DNA from: a bacterium
GTDB lineage: Bacteria > JADJOY01
NCBI GenBank assembly: GCA_046331705.1
Contig: JAXLQJ010000003.1
Span: forward strand, 62,001-126,000
DNA length: 64,000 nucleotides
Direction: 5' to 3'
Part shown: positions 1 through 8,499 of the stretch, piece after piece
Layout: each line of letters opens with the position of its first letter
How positions within the stretch are numbered: position 1 is the first letter of the stretch
Made by a program: the position numbers and the translations under genes
Notes under the pieces: model-generated
What the model was told of the DNA's origin: nothing
The model's database searches: none
Seen by the model: only the letters and a program-made list of their open reading frames with translations

Positions 1-1
1 G

Positions 2-1285
2 ACGTCGGCGTCCTATCCGTGGTCGTATGGACACTTCGTGAACGGCGTGTTCCGCACGGTCATGTCATACGACACCGAATGCACCCTCGGCTGCCCTCGG
101 GCGCAGCGTTTCTCCAACCCCAACGTGAGCTACAGCGGCTTCGCGACCGGAATCGCCGACCAGCGCGACAACCATCGCACCTTGAATTCGACGATGCCGA
201 TCGCCGCGAGCTTCCGCGTCGCGGTGCAGGCCGCCGATCGAGTGGGTGATCTCGACGGCGACAGCCAAGACGACGTCTTGGGTCCCGTGCCCAGCGCCTC
301 CGACGCTGTCGTGTCGCTCTCCTTGGGCGGACCCTTCGGCCATCCGAGCGGCTGGACCTCCGAAACCGACGGCGACGATGGCTGGTACGTGGGCGATTTC
401 ACCGGCGACGCCGTGACGGACGTGCTGCGGTTCGAATCGGGTGTGTGCGGTGCCCGGGTGCTCTTCTCCAACGGCACGGCGTTGGCGTCGACGTCACCCG
501 CAGGGTGCTGGACGGGCCTCGGTCGTGGCGATGATGGCTGGTACGTCGGCGATTTCGACGGCGACGGCCGCGACGACATCTTCCGCTACGTCGCCGGCAA
601 TTGCGGCGCCGACATGTTGCTCTCCGACGGGACCGCGTTCGTACGCGGCACCGTCGCCTGTTGGACGGGCCTCAACCATGGCGACGATCACTGGCGCGTG
701 GGTGACTTTGATGGCGACGGTCGCGACGACATCTTCCGTTTCCAATCCGGCATCTGTGGCGCGGACGTGTTGGTGTCCGATGGCACGTCGTTCGTACGTG
801 GAGCGATCGGCGGATGCTGGACCGGGCTCGGCCAGGGGGATGACGGCTGGTACGTCGGCGACTTCAACGGCGATGGACGGGACGACCTCTTTCGCTACAT
901 CGCCGGCAACTGTGGCGCCGACATGTTGCTCTCGAGCGGCACGGCGTTCGTGCGCGGCGCCGTCGATTGTTGGACGGGGCTCGGCCATGGAGACGACCAC
1001 TGGCGCGTGGGTGATTTCGACGGCGACGGACGCGACGACATCTTGCGCCTCGATGTCGGCAAGCCCGACGTTCTGCTTTCCAACGGTGACAGCTTCTGCC
1101 ACGACTGCGACGGCGACGGCCTCCTCAACAGCGACGACAACTGCCCGCGCGCCGCAAATCCCAACCAAGAGGACGGCGATCACGACGGCGTGGGCGATGC
1201 CTGCCTCCCGCGCTCGGTGTTCCGCGACGGCTTCGAAAACGGCGACCTCTCCGAGTGGTCCGGGTCGAGCGGCGACTCGACGTGA
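2..1285 (+). CDS. Secreted multidomain protein, 5'-truncated: end of a reprolysin/M12-like metalloprotease domain, FG-GAP/VCBS-like repeats, thrombospondin type-3 repeat, C-terminal FxDGFExG tail
   Basis: The frame is open from base 2 ([23 protein letters not shown]). RTVMSY...RFSNP resembles the Met-turn region of M12-type proteases. Repeated [10 protein letters not shown] motifs follow, then DGDG..DNCP...[16 protein letters not shown]. Ends [18 protein letters not shown]. Confidence 0.8.
   Translation, partial: TSASYPWSYGHFVNGVFRTVMSYDTECTLGCPRAQRFSNPNVSYSGFATGIADQRDNHRTLNSTMPIAASFRVAVQAADRVGDLDGDSQDDVLGPVPSASDAVVSLSLGGPFGHPSGWTSETDGDDGWYVGDFTGDAVTDVLRFESGVCGARVLFSNGTALASTSPAGCWTGLGRGDDGWYVGDFDGDGRDDIFRYVAGNCGADMLLSDGTAFVRGTVACWTGLNHGDDHWRVGDFDGDGRDDIFRFQSGICGADVLVSDGTSFVRGAIGGCWTGLGQGDDGWYVGDFNGDGRDDLFRYIAGNCGADMLLSSGTAFVRGAVDCWTGLGHGDDHWRVGDFDGDGRDDILRLDVGKPDVLLSNGDSFCHDCDGDGLLNSDDNCPRAANPNQEDGDHDGVGDACLPRSVFRDGFENGDLSEWSGSSGDST
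350..1100 (+). repeat. Five intragenic tandem repeats of about 153 bp (51-52 aa)
   Basis: WTG(L)...GDD(G/H)W(Y/R)VGDFxGDGRDD...CGAD.L.S.GT.F units. Units 2-5 start near 507, 660, 816 and 969. Confidence 0.85.
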
Positions 1286-1352
1286 CTTGCCACGATCTCG
1301 AGGGGAATGCCTTTCCGACACACGACGTGAAGGAGATTCGCTTCTACAGCGG

Positions 1353-1830
1353 ATGACGCTCAGAGACGAGCAGCGAGAGCTGATCTTCTGCCGGGCCATG
1401 CAGGCGTTCCCAAGCGTCGACCTCGGCCTCAACCTCAGCGCCCCGATCGAATACGACGACTCGGCCGCCTGCGATCGAGTCGTGGTCGGATCCTGGAACG
1501 CGGATCACCCGTGCGTCGCCACGATCTCGGGTGCCAGCATCAGCGCCCGGTGCGACGTCGGGAAGTAACGCTGCGTCGGCCTCCAGAACGGCTTCGCCGA
1601 GTGCGTCTTCCAGGGCACCACTACGGTCACGATCGCCGGCACGACGAGCGAGGGGCCCGACGACAACGGGGTGACCCACGTGAATGCAAGCGACTCGCAG
1701 ATCGGCGCGCCCGTGACGAGGTGTCGATCGGAGTACGGCTACGATTCATCGCCCTGCATCCACCGACCGAACGGCACGCCGGTCACACCGAACGACGCCT
1801 GCGCCGTCGCGCCGCGAGCTCGTGGAGATC
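1353..1830 (+). pseudogene. Possible interrupted Cys-rich hypothetical gene
   Basis: ATG at 1353 (MTLRDEQRELIF...) runs to TAA at 1566-1568. The same frame continues with protein-like sequence (RCVGLQNGFAECVFQGTTTVTIAG...). The end point is uncertain. Confidence 0.3.
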
Positions 1831-2802
1831 ACGCATCCACGCGCGCTTGCCGGTGGCCTCGGCGTACGGACGCGAATGGGCGAGCATGTAGGCGCGAGCC
1901 AGTCCCGCGAACGGGCGGATCAGGTGACGCGCCGGACCGACCAGCGCGCGAAGCTCGTCGAGATAGGTCTGGAAGCCGTGCTGCCGATAGCGAAGCAGCG
2001 CCTCGCTCTCGTCGCTCTCGAGCCAGTCGGAGTAGAACATCCGCTCGCCGAAGGCCGCGCGGGGAAGCGGTGCGATCCCGAGCACGCCGAGCGCCGCGTT
2101 GAAGAAGTCCCGGTAGTCCATGCGCGTCGCGGCGCCGCCACCGATGAGCAGGACCTGGCCGTCCAGATCGCTCCGTCCCACGGTGTTGGCGAGGGCGAGC
2201 GCCACGTCGCGCGGGTGGGTGAACTCGATGTGGACCTCGGGATGGAACTCGAAGAGGAACGGGCTCACGCTCGCGAGCGAGATGGGCGGCGCTGCGGCGA
2301 GACGGAAGATCACGTGCGGCAAACCCGAGTCACGAAGCAGCGTCTCGCACTCCACCTTGGTGCGGCTGTAGGTGTCTTCGGGGTGAAGGGGCTCGTCGGC
2401 TCGGCGCAGGCCGCGGTTCTCGCGGTTGCGGCCGTACGCGGCGGGCGTCGAGCAGAACACGATCGTGGGCGGCGGCACTCGGGTGCGGCAGGCGTCGACC
2501 AGGTTGCGCGTGCCGCCCACGTTCACCGCGAACGCCAGCGCCTCGTTCTCGTCGCTGACAGGCGGCAATACCGCAGCGAGGTGCAGCACGTGGCCGACAT
2601 CGCCGACGAGCTCGCGAACCAGGCTCGCGTCGCGAATGTCGCCGAAGCGCGCCGTGATCCCCGGGGCCGCGAAGCGCGCCGCCGTCTGGCGGGTCTTCTT
2701 CGAGTCGACGTCGAAGGCCACGACCTCGTGGCCGCGCTCGCGAAGCAATCCGACCGTGAATGCTCCGACGTTGCCACACGCACCGGTCACCAGCACTCGC
2801 AT
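1783..2802 (-). CDS. NAD-dependent epimerase/dehydratase (extended SDR, 3-beta-HSD-like)
   Basis: MRVLVTGACGNVG Rossmann motif, HLAA, VNVGGT, YSRTK (YxxxK). Confidence 0.9.
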   Translation of the reverse strand: MRVLVTGACGNVGAFTVGLLRERGHEVVAFDVDSKKTRQTAARFAAPGITARFGDIRDASLVRELVGDVGHVLHLAAVLPPVSDENEALAFAVNVGGTRNLVDACRTRVPPPTIVFCSTPAAYGRNRENRGLRRADEPLHPEDTYSRTKVECETLLRDSGLPHVIFRLAAAPPISLASVSPFLFEFHPEVHIEFTHPRDVALALANTVGRSDLDGQVLLIGGGAATRMDYRDFFNAALGVLGIAPLPRAAFGERMFYSDWLESDESEALLRYRQHGFQTYLDELRALVGPARHLIRPFAGLARAYMLAHSRPYAEATGKRAWMRDLHELAARRRRRRSV

Positions 2803-2815
2803 GCGCTCGTCCTCG

Positions 2816-4126
2816 TCATTCCGTGGCGAGGGCGCGCGCAACGTCGCGAAACGCCCACAAGGTGTGCTCGATCTCGCGCTCGCCGTGGGCCGCCGACACG
2901 AAGAACTTCTCGTGCGCCTTCACGACACCGCGTTCGAGCAGCAGCTCGGTGAAGCGCATGCGCTTGAACACGTCGGCGGCGAGCGAGCTGCGGTGATCGT
3001 GGACCGGTTGGTCGGTGAACCACGCTTCGAAGCACGACGGCTCGCCAGTCACCTGCACGGGCACGCCCACGTCGGCGAACGCTTCCCGCAGGCCCTCCAT
3101 GAGGCGCCTACCGGTGGATTCGATGCGCGCGTACACGCCCGGTTTCTCGAGCTCGGTGAGACAGGCGAGCGCAGCGGTGGCGGAGATGGGATTGGCGCTG
3201 AAGGTGCCGCTCGCCATGACGTAGGGCTCGCCGGCGAACTTCCGGAGCGGATTGGCGAAGCGCATGTAGCGCTCGGCGCCGCAGAGCACGCCGATCGGGT
3301 GGCCGCCCGAGATGCTCTTGCCCAGCGCACAGAGATCGGGGACGACACCGTAGCGCTCCTGCGCGCCACCGAGCGCCAAGCGAAAGCCCGTCACGACCTC
3401 GTCGAACACGAACGGGACGTCGAGGGCGCGCGTGACGTCGCGCAAGCCGGCGAGGAATCCTGGGCGCGGCGGGAACGTGCGCTGGAGCGGCTCGACGATG
3501 ACGCACGCCACGTCGTCGCGATGCTGCTCGAGGATCCGCACCGCCGCGTCGAGATCGTTCCACGGCGCGATCAGCACCTGCTCGCGGGTGGTGTCGGGGA
3601 TGCCGTCCGAATTGGGCACGGCGCGCGGGTAGTCGGGTAGCTCGTGGGTCCACTGGTTGCTCATGAGCGACCACTCGCCCATGCCGTGGTAAGCGCCCTC
3701 GAATTTGAGCACCTTCGTGCGACCGGTATAGGCGCGGGCGATTCGCACGGCGTAGCCGGTGGCGTCCGTGCCCGAGCACTGGAAGAGCACCTGCTCGGCG
3801 CACGGCACCCGCGCCACGATCCGGCGCGCCAGCTCCACCGGCGGCTCGCTCAGGATCAAGTACGTGGTGCCGCCGGCGAGACGATCGCGCACCGCGGCGG
3901 TCACCGCGGGATGCGCGTGGCCGAGCACCATCGGCCCCGAGCCGAGCAGATAATCCACGTATTCGTTGCCGCTCAGATCCCAGAGCCGCGGCCCCTCGGC
4001 GCGCTGCACCACGAACATGAGCTCGTTGCGGATCGAGGTGCTGCGAAGACCGGTGGGGATGAGCCGGTTCGCATCCTCGACCAACGCCGTCTCCCGGGCG
4101 CTGCGTGGCTTGCGCACGTAGCTCAC
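2816..4126 (-). CDS. Class-III PLP aminotransferase (glutamate-1-semialdehyde aminomutase-like)
   Basis: GPRLWDLSGNEYVDY, KFEGAYHG, FDEVVTGFR, ALGKSISGG (PLP lysine), SGTFSANP. The GTG start overlaps the upstream TGA. Confidence 0.9.
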   Translation of the reverse strand: MSYVRKPRSARETALVEDANRLIPTGLRSTSIRNELMFVVQRAEGPRLWDLSGNEYVDYLLGSGPMVLGHAHPAVTAAVRDRLAGGTTYLILSEPPVELARRIVARVPCAEQVLFQCSGTDATGYAVRIARAYTGRTKVLKFEGAYHGMGEWSLMSNQWTHELPDYPRAVPNSDGIPDTTREQVLIAPWNDLDAAVRILEQHRDDVACVIVEPLQRTFPPRPGFLAGLRDVTRALDVPFVFDEVVTGFRLALGGAQERYGVVPDLCALGKSISGGHPIGVLCGAERYMRFANPLRKFAGEPYVMASGTFSANPISATAALACLTELEKPGVYARIESTGRRLMEGLREAFADVGVPVQVTGEPSCFEAWFTDQPVHDHRSSLAADVFKRMRFTELLLERGVVKAHEKFFVSAAHGEREIEHTLWAFRDVARALATE

Positions 4127-5358
4127 GAGCCCACCCCCCGCCCCTTCTCGCGCTCGATGCCCAAGGCATCCATGTAGGGGCCGAAGCGCTCGTGGATCTG
4201 CTCGCGGGTGATGCCGTAGTCGACGCCCTGGTATTGGTGCTTGCCGTGCTTCCCGGGCGGATGGGATCGCTGGTGCTGCTCGAGCGCCGCGCGACCCGCC
4301 TCCGAAAGCGGCTGTCCCCAATGGGCGAGTGCCTTCTCCGCGGTGCCGACCGGATCGCGCATGAAGTCGCGGAAATGGACGTCGTAGAAGCGATCGGGGT
4401 GACGCTGCCGCGCCGCCAGCGCGCGCTCGGCGGCGACCGCCCACACTTCCATCTGGTGAAGGGCGACCTCGCGGCGCGGCGCTTCGCGCTCCTGCAGCTT
4501 CCGAAAATGGGTGCAGAGGCTCACGTACGAGTCGAGGATCGCCGCCGGATCGCGATGGGTCTGGATGATGCACGCGTCGGGGTAGACCTCGAGCAGCGCG
4601 TCGATGTGCCGGATGTGCACCGGATACTTGAGCAACCAGCGCTTGCCGCGCTCGTTGGCGCCGATGATCTGCAGCAAGCGACGGTGGCGCCGATACGAGC
4701 CCACGTGGTCGCGCGAGCCGTACCACGCCGCGTAGGTGGGCACGTGGTTGCCGACCTCGAAGCAATCGTCCGTGAAGCTCTGCGCCAGGAGGTGCCGGCA
4801 CTCCTCGGGGCCGCCGGCGGTGATGTGGTGGATCGCCTCCAATCCCTCACCGAGGCCATACATCATCGCCAGCTCGCCGCGCGCGGCCCAGTAGTCCCGA
4901 CGCATCTGCCAGGTGTGTCGCGGCGGACGCGGCTGCACGTGGGTGGCGAGGAAGAACTCGAGACACTGGGTGTCCGGATTCGCGCCCATCAAGTAGTGGA
5001 GCGCTGTGCTGCCGGTGCGCACGATGCCGGTGATGACGAGCGGGCGCTCGATGGGCACAGCGTGGAATTCGGGGTGCTCCTTCCACCATTTGTTCGAGAG
5101 CAGCCGGTTGGTGAGCAGACCCACCACCTGGTACTCGGCGAGCCATCGGCCCAGCGGGTGCAACCGCGATTCGTCGTCGTACGAGCCCATCAAGATCTCG
5201 AAGGGCTCGCGATAGTCGGTGTCGCCGAAATCGTCGTAGCCGCTGGCTACGCGGATGGCCTTCTCGTGCAGCTCGTCGACGCGCTGGCGCCACGGCTTCA
5301 CGCGCTTCTCGAATACTTTCCAGATCGGCAGCGTCGCCGACCTCTGGATCAGGTCCAT
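4123..5358 (-). CDS. PAPS-dependent sulfotransferase (mycobacterial Stf / Sulfotransfer_3 type)
   Basis: ITGIVRTGSTALH (5'-PSB loop), WLLKYPVH, THRDP....S (3'-PB). Alternative GTG start at 5364. Confidence 0.9.
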   Translation of the reverse strand: MDLIQRSATLPIWKVFEKRVKPWRQRVDELHEKAIRVASGYDDFGDTDYREPFEILMGSYDDESRLHPLGRWLAEYQVVGLLTNRLLSNKWWKEHPEFHAVPIERPLVITGIVRTGSTALHYLMGANPDTQCLEFFLATHVQPRPPRHTWQMRRDYWAARGELAMMYGLGEGLEAIHHITAGGPEECRHLLAQSFTDDCFEVGNHVPTYAAWYGSRDHVGSYRRHRRLLQIIGANERGKRWLLKYPVHIRHIDALLEVYPDACIIQTHRDPAAILDSYVSLCTHFRKLQEREAPRREVALHQMEVWAVAAERALAARQRHPDRFYDVHFRDFMRDPVGTAEKALAHWGQPLSEAGRAALEQHQRSHPPGKHGKHQYQGVDYGITREQIHERFGPYMDALGIEREKGRGVGS

Positions 5359-5360
5359 GA

Positions 5361-6185
5361 TCACGGGGCGATCTCCAGTGGCACGGCGCTGGCCTCGAGC
5401 TGCCGCGCGGTGAGATGGTCGACGAGCGCGGGAAGGACGCGACGCAAGCCGAGCAGCAAGCGGTTGCCGGAGGGGAACACGATGCACGCTCGATTGCGCG
5501 CGACACCGCGCAAGATGGCGCGCGCGGCGGCGGTGGGCGTGATGGGGCGGATCGGCGCCGCCTCGACGGTGGCGCGGTAATCGTATCGACCGATCGGTTC
5601 GGCGGCGTCGAAGATGCCGGTGGCGACCAGTCCGGGGCACGCCACCGAGACCCGCACGCCGTAGCGGCGCGCTTCCGCGCGCAGCGCCAGACTGAAGCCG
5701 ACCACCGCGTGCTTGGACGCCGTGTAGACGCTCGACCAGGGCACCGGCATGAGCCCCGCCGAGGACGCGGTGTTCACGACGTGACCGTGGCGCTGGCGAC
5801 GCATCACGCGGCACGCCGCACGCGAACCGTGGATCACGGCCAACGTGTTGACGCGCATCATCTTCTCGATCGCGGCCTCGCTCATGTCGGCGAGCTCGCC
5901 GCCGGCCACGATGCCCGCGTTGTTGAAGAGGAGATCGAGGCGACCGCGCCGCGCGGCGTGGTCCTCGATCGCGGCGCCGTAGGCGCGGGAGTCGGCGAGA
6001 TCGAGCACCAGCGGCTCGAACGTCGGGCTCGCGAGCCGGGCCGCGGTCGCAGCGAGACCCGCCGAGTCGCGATCGATGCCGAGCACGAGGACGCCGCGCG
6101 CCACCAGCTCGCTCGCGAGCGCGGCGCCGATCCCCGAGGCCACCCCGCTCACGATCGCCACCCGCCCCGCAAGGTCGCTCGTCAC
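5361..6185 (-). CDS. Classical short-chain dehydrogenase/reductase
   Basis: SGVASGIG, LFNNAGI, NTASSAG, YTASK. Confidence 0.93.
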   Translation of the reverse strand: MTSDLAGRVAIVSGVASGIGAALASELVARGVLVLGIDRDSAGLAATAARLASPTFEPLVLDLADSRAYGAAIEDHAARRGRLDLLFNNAGIVAGGELADMSEAAIEKMMRVNTLAVIHGSRAACRVMRRQRHGHVVNTASSAGLMPVPWSSVYTASKHAVVGFSLALRAEARRYGVRVSVACPGLVATGIFDAAEPIGRYDYRATVEAAPIRPITPTAAARAILRGVARNRACIVFPSGNRLLLGLRRVLPALVDHLTARQLEASAVPLEIAP

Positions 6186-6230
6186 GCACCCCTCGCCGCT
6201 TCTTCCCGACGTGAACGACTGGACGCTTTA

Positions 6231-6246
6231 GTTAACACTTGTTAAC
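6231..6246. promoter_or_regulatory. Palindromic operator, probably for the adjacent TetR
   Basis: GTTAACA-CT-TGTTAAC is a perfect 7-bp inverted repeat in an AT-rich patch between the divergent SDR and tetR genes. Confidence 0.75.
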
Positions 6247-6277
6247 ACTAGCTCGCAAGCCGAGAGGAAGAGCCCTC

Positions 6278-6916
6278 GTGACTACTCACCCCCTCCACGA
6301 CGCCGACAAGCTCAAGACCAAGTACCGGTTGCTGGAGGTCGCGGCCCGCCACATCGCGCTTCACGGCGTCGCCGCCACCTCGCTGCGGGCGATCGCCGCC
6401 GAAGCCGGCGTGAGCGCCGCCGCCATCTATCGCCACTACCCCGGCGGCAAGGCGGATCTCCACGCGGCCACCCTCGGCATGGTCGCGGAGGCGGTCGCAC
6501 GGCTGGTGTGGGAAGAGCCGATGCACGAAGAGCCGCTCGCGGAAGCGCTGGTCCGGCGCGTGGCACTCTTCTGGGACTTCTGCGCCGAGCACGGCGCCAT
6601 CGCCGCGTTGGTGGTGCGCGAGAACGTCACGGGTGGTCCCGACGGGCCGTCACCGTTCCTCGGCGAGCACCTCGCCGCGATCGCCGAGCTGCGCAAGCTC
6701 CTCGAGCGAGCCATCGCCGCCGGAGAGCTGCGCTCCGTCAACGTGTCGTCGTTCCTCTTCTGGGTGACGACGTACGTGACCAGCTTTCACGGGTGCCGGG
6801 CCCTTCGCGACGCGGTGTGGACGAAGCGCGATCTCGGCCGCGCGCGACAGACCTTTCTGGAAGCGGTCCGCGCCGAGCTCACGCCGCCGACGCGTGCCCC
6901 GCGTCGCAGGCGCTGA
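6278..6916 (+). CDS. TetR/AcrR family transcriptional regulator
   Basis: LLEVAARHIALHGVAATSLRAIAAEAGVSAAAIYRHY HTH. GAGAGG precedes the GTG start. Confidence 0.92.
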   Translation: MTTHPLHDADKLKTKYRLLEVAARHIALHGVAATSLRAIAAEAGVSAAAIYRHYPGGKADLHAATLGMVAEAVARLVWEEPMHEEPLAEALVRRVALFWDFCAEHGAIAALVVRENVTGGPDGPSPFLGEHLAAIAELRKLLERAIAAGELRSVNVSSFLFWVTTYVTSFHGCRALRDAVWTKRDLGRARQTFLEAVRAELTPPTRAPRRRR

Positions 6917-6917
6917 C

Positions 6918-7526
6918 GTGGCCATCGCACATTCGGCGCTCGCCGCGCTCGCGCTCCCTTCTTTCGACGACGTGCTGCCCGCGGCGTTTCGCCGCGACCT
7001 CGGGCTCGATCCGGCGACGCAGTACGGCGTCGCCTGTCGCGACGTACCGCGAGCCATCGCAGACGCGGAAGCGCTCGGTGGGGGCCCCTTCCTGCGCGCT
7101 CGCGTGTCGCCGCCCCACTGGACCGAACGTGGCGTGCGTCGTCGCGCGCACCTCGACTTCGCCCTCGGCTATTGCGACGACGTGCAGCTCGAATTCCTCG
7201 GTCCGGGGAAAGGTACGCGCTTCTACGCCGACGCCCTCGGTGACGCCGACACGATTCTTCACCACGTCGGCGTCTACCAGCGCGGCCTCGCGTCGCTCAC
7301 CGAACGCCTGGAACGCGCGGGTCACGTCACCGTGGTCTCTGGCGGCGTGCGCCTCGGCCCGCTGGCGCGCTTCCAGTTCCGCTACTTCGACACCCGCGCC
7401 GCACTCGGCATCTACCTCGAGATCCTCGACTTCGCCTGGCTCGGTGATCATCCGATTCCGATGCGCCCGTTCATCGAGCGCGCCGCACGCCTTCGATCAC
7501 CGCGCTTCCGGGCTGCGCCGCGGTGA
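6918..7526 (+). CDS. VOC/glyoxalase family protein (methylmalonyl-CoA epimerase-like fold)
   Basis: QYGVACRDVPRA, VQLEFLGP, ILHHVGV, FRYFDT....GIYLEI. Confidence 0.8.
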   Translation: MAIAHSALAALALPSFDDVLPAAFRRDLGLDPATQYGVACRDVPRAIADAEALGGGPFLRARVSPPHWTERGVRRRAHLDFALGYCDDVQLEFLGPGKGTRFYADALGDADTILHHVGVYQRGLASLTERLERAGHVTVVSGGVRLGPLARFQFRYFDTRAALGIYLEILDFAWLGDHPIPMRPFIERAARLRSPRFRAAPR

Positions 7527-7544
7527 AACCTGACGCGACGGCAA

Positions 7545-8375
7545 TCAGCTTGGACGGCTTCCGAAGCGAACGCGCATCTGGCCGGCGACGAACGATCCCA
7601 GTCGCCCGGTTACGAATCGGGGGAAGAAGCGGTAGAGCCACCACGAAGCGACGGCACCGGCGGTGACGGTGATGATCGCGCGGTTGCGCTCGACGCCGCG
7701 CAGGATCACCCGGGCACACACGTCCGCGGGGCAGAGGCGGAAGAGCGGATCGGCGAGCATCTTCTCCTTGTCGAGGTGAAGCCACGTGAGCGAGTGCTTG
7801 ATGGGCGTGTCGATCAGCCCCGGGCACACGGCGCTCACCTTCACACCGAGCGCGGCTCCCTCGCCTCGCAGCGAAGTCGAGAGCCCCACGACCGCGTGCT
7901 TGGTGGTGGCATAGGCCGCCGCGCCAGGCGTCGGCACCAACCCGGCTAGCGATGCGGTGTTCACGATGTGGCCGGTGCCGCGCTCGACCATCCGCGGATA
8001 CGCCGCGGCGATTCCGTGCACCACGCCGTGGAGATTCACCTCCAAGAGCCGCTTCCACTGGGCGAGCGTCATGTCGCGCACCTCGCCGAAGAGCGCGATG
8101 CCGGCGTTGTTGAAGAGGTAGTCGAGCCGCCCATCGCTGGCGTAAGTCCCGGCGATCAGCTCCTCCACCTGCACGGCGTCGGCCACGTCCACCCGCGCGG
8201 CGCGCGCGCGGCCGCCGCTGGCGACGATTGCTGCCGCGGCGGCATCCGCCTTGGCGCCGTCGACGTCCGCGATGACGACCTGGGCACCCCGCTGCGCCAG
8301 CTCCTGCACCACCGCCAGCCCGATCCCCGAGGCGCCACCGGTCACGATCGCGACTCGATCCTGAAATGCGCTCAT
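7545..8375 (-). CDS. Classical short-chain dehydrogenase/reductase
   Basis: VTGGASGIG, LFNNAGI, NTASLAG, YATTK. Confidence 0.93.
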   Translation of the reverse strand: MSAFQDRVAIVTGGASGIGLAVVQELAQRGAQVVIADVDGAKADAAAAAIVASGGRARAARVDVADAVQVEELIAGTYASDGRLDYLFNNAGIALFGEVRDMTLAQWKRLLEVNLHGVVHGIAAAYPRMVERGTGHIVNTASLAGLVPTPGAAAYATTKHAVVGLSTSLRGEGAALGVKVSAVCPGLIDTPIKHSLTWLHLDKEKMLADPLFRLCPADVCARVILRGVERNRAIITVTAGAVASWWLYRFFPRFVTGRLGSFVAGQMRVRFGSRPS

Positions 8376-8499
8376 CACCCGTTCTCCGTATCCACGCGCA
8401 TCCTCGCGCGCCTATGAATCCGCAAGATTCACGAGCGGGAACCTGCGGCCGCGACGGAGCGCGGCCCTCCATGCTTCTTGCCGCACCACCGCGCGCCGC

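Noticed and set aside
2816-4126. Calling the aminotransferase hemL
   Set aside because: It has family motifs only, no tetrapyrrole context, and the N-terminal PGGVNSPVR motif is diverged (PTGLRSTSIR).
6231-6246. KstR cholesterol-regulon operator
   Set aside because: KstR sites are TnnAACnnGTTnnA. Here AAC and GTT are four bases apart, so it is a different motif.
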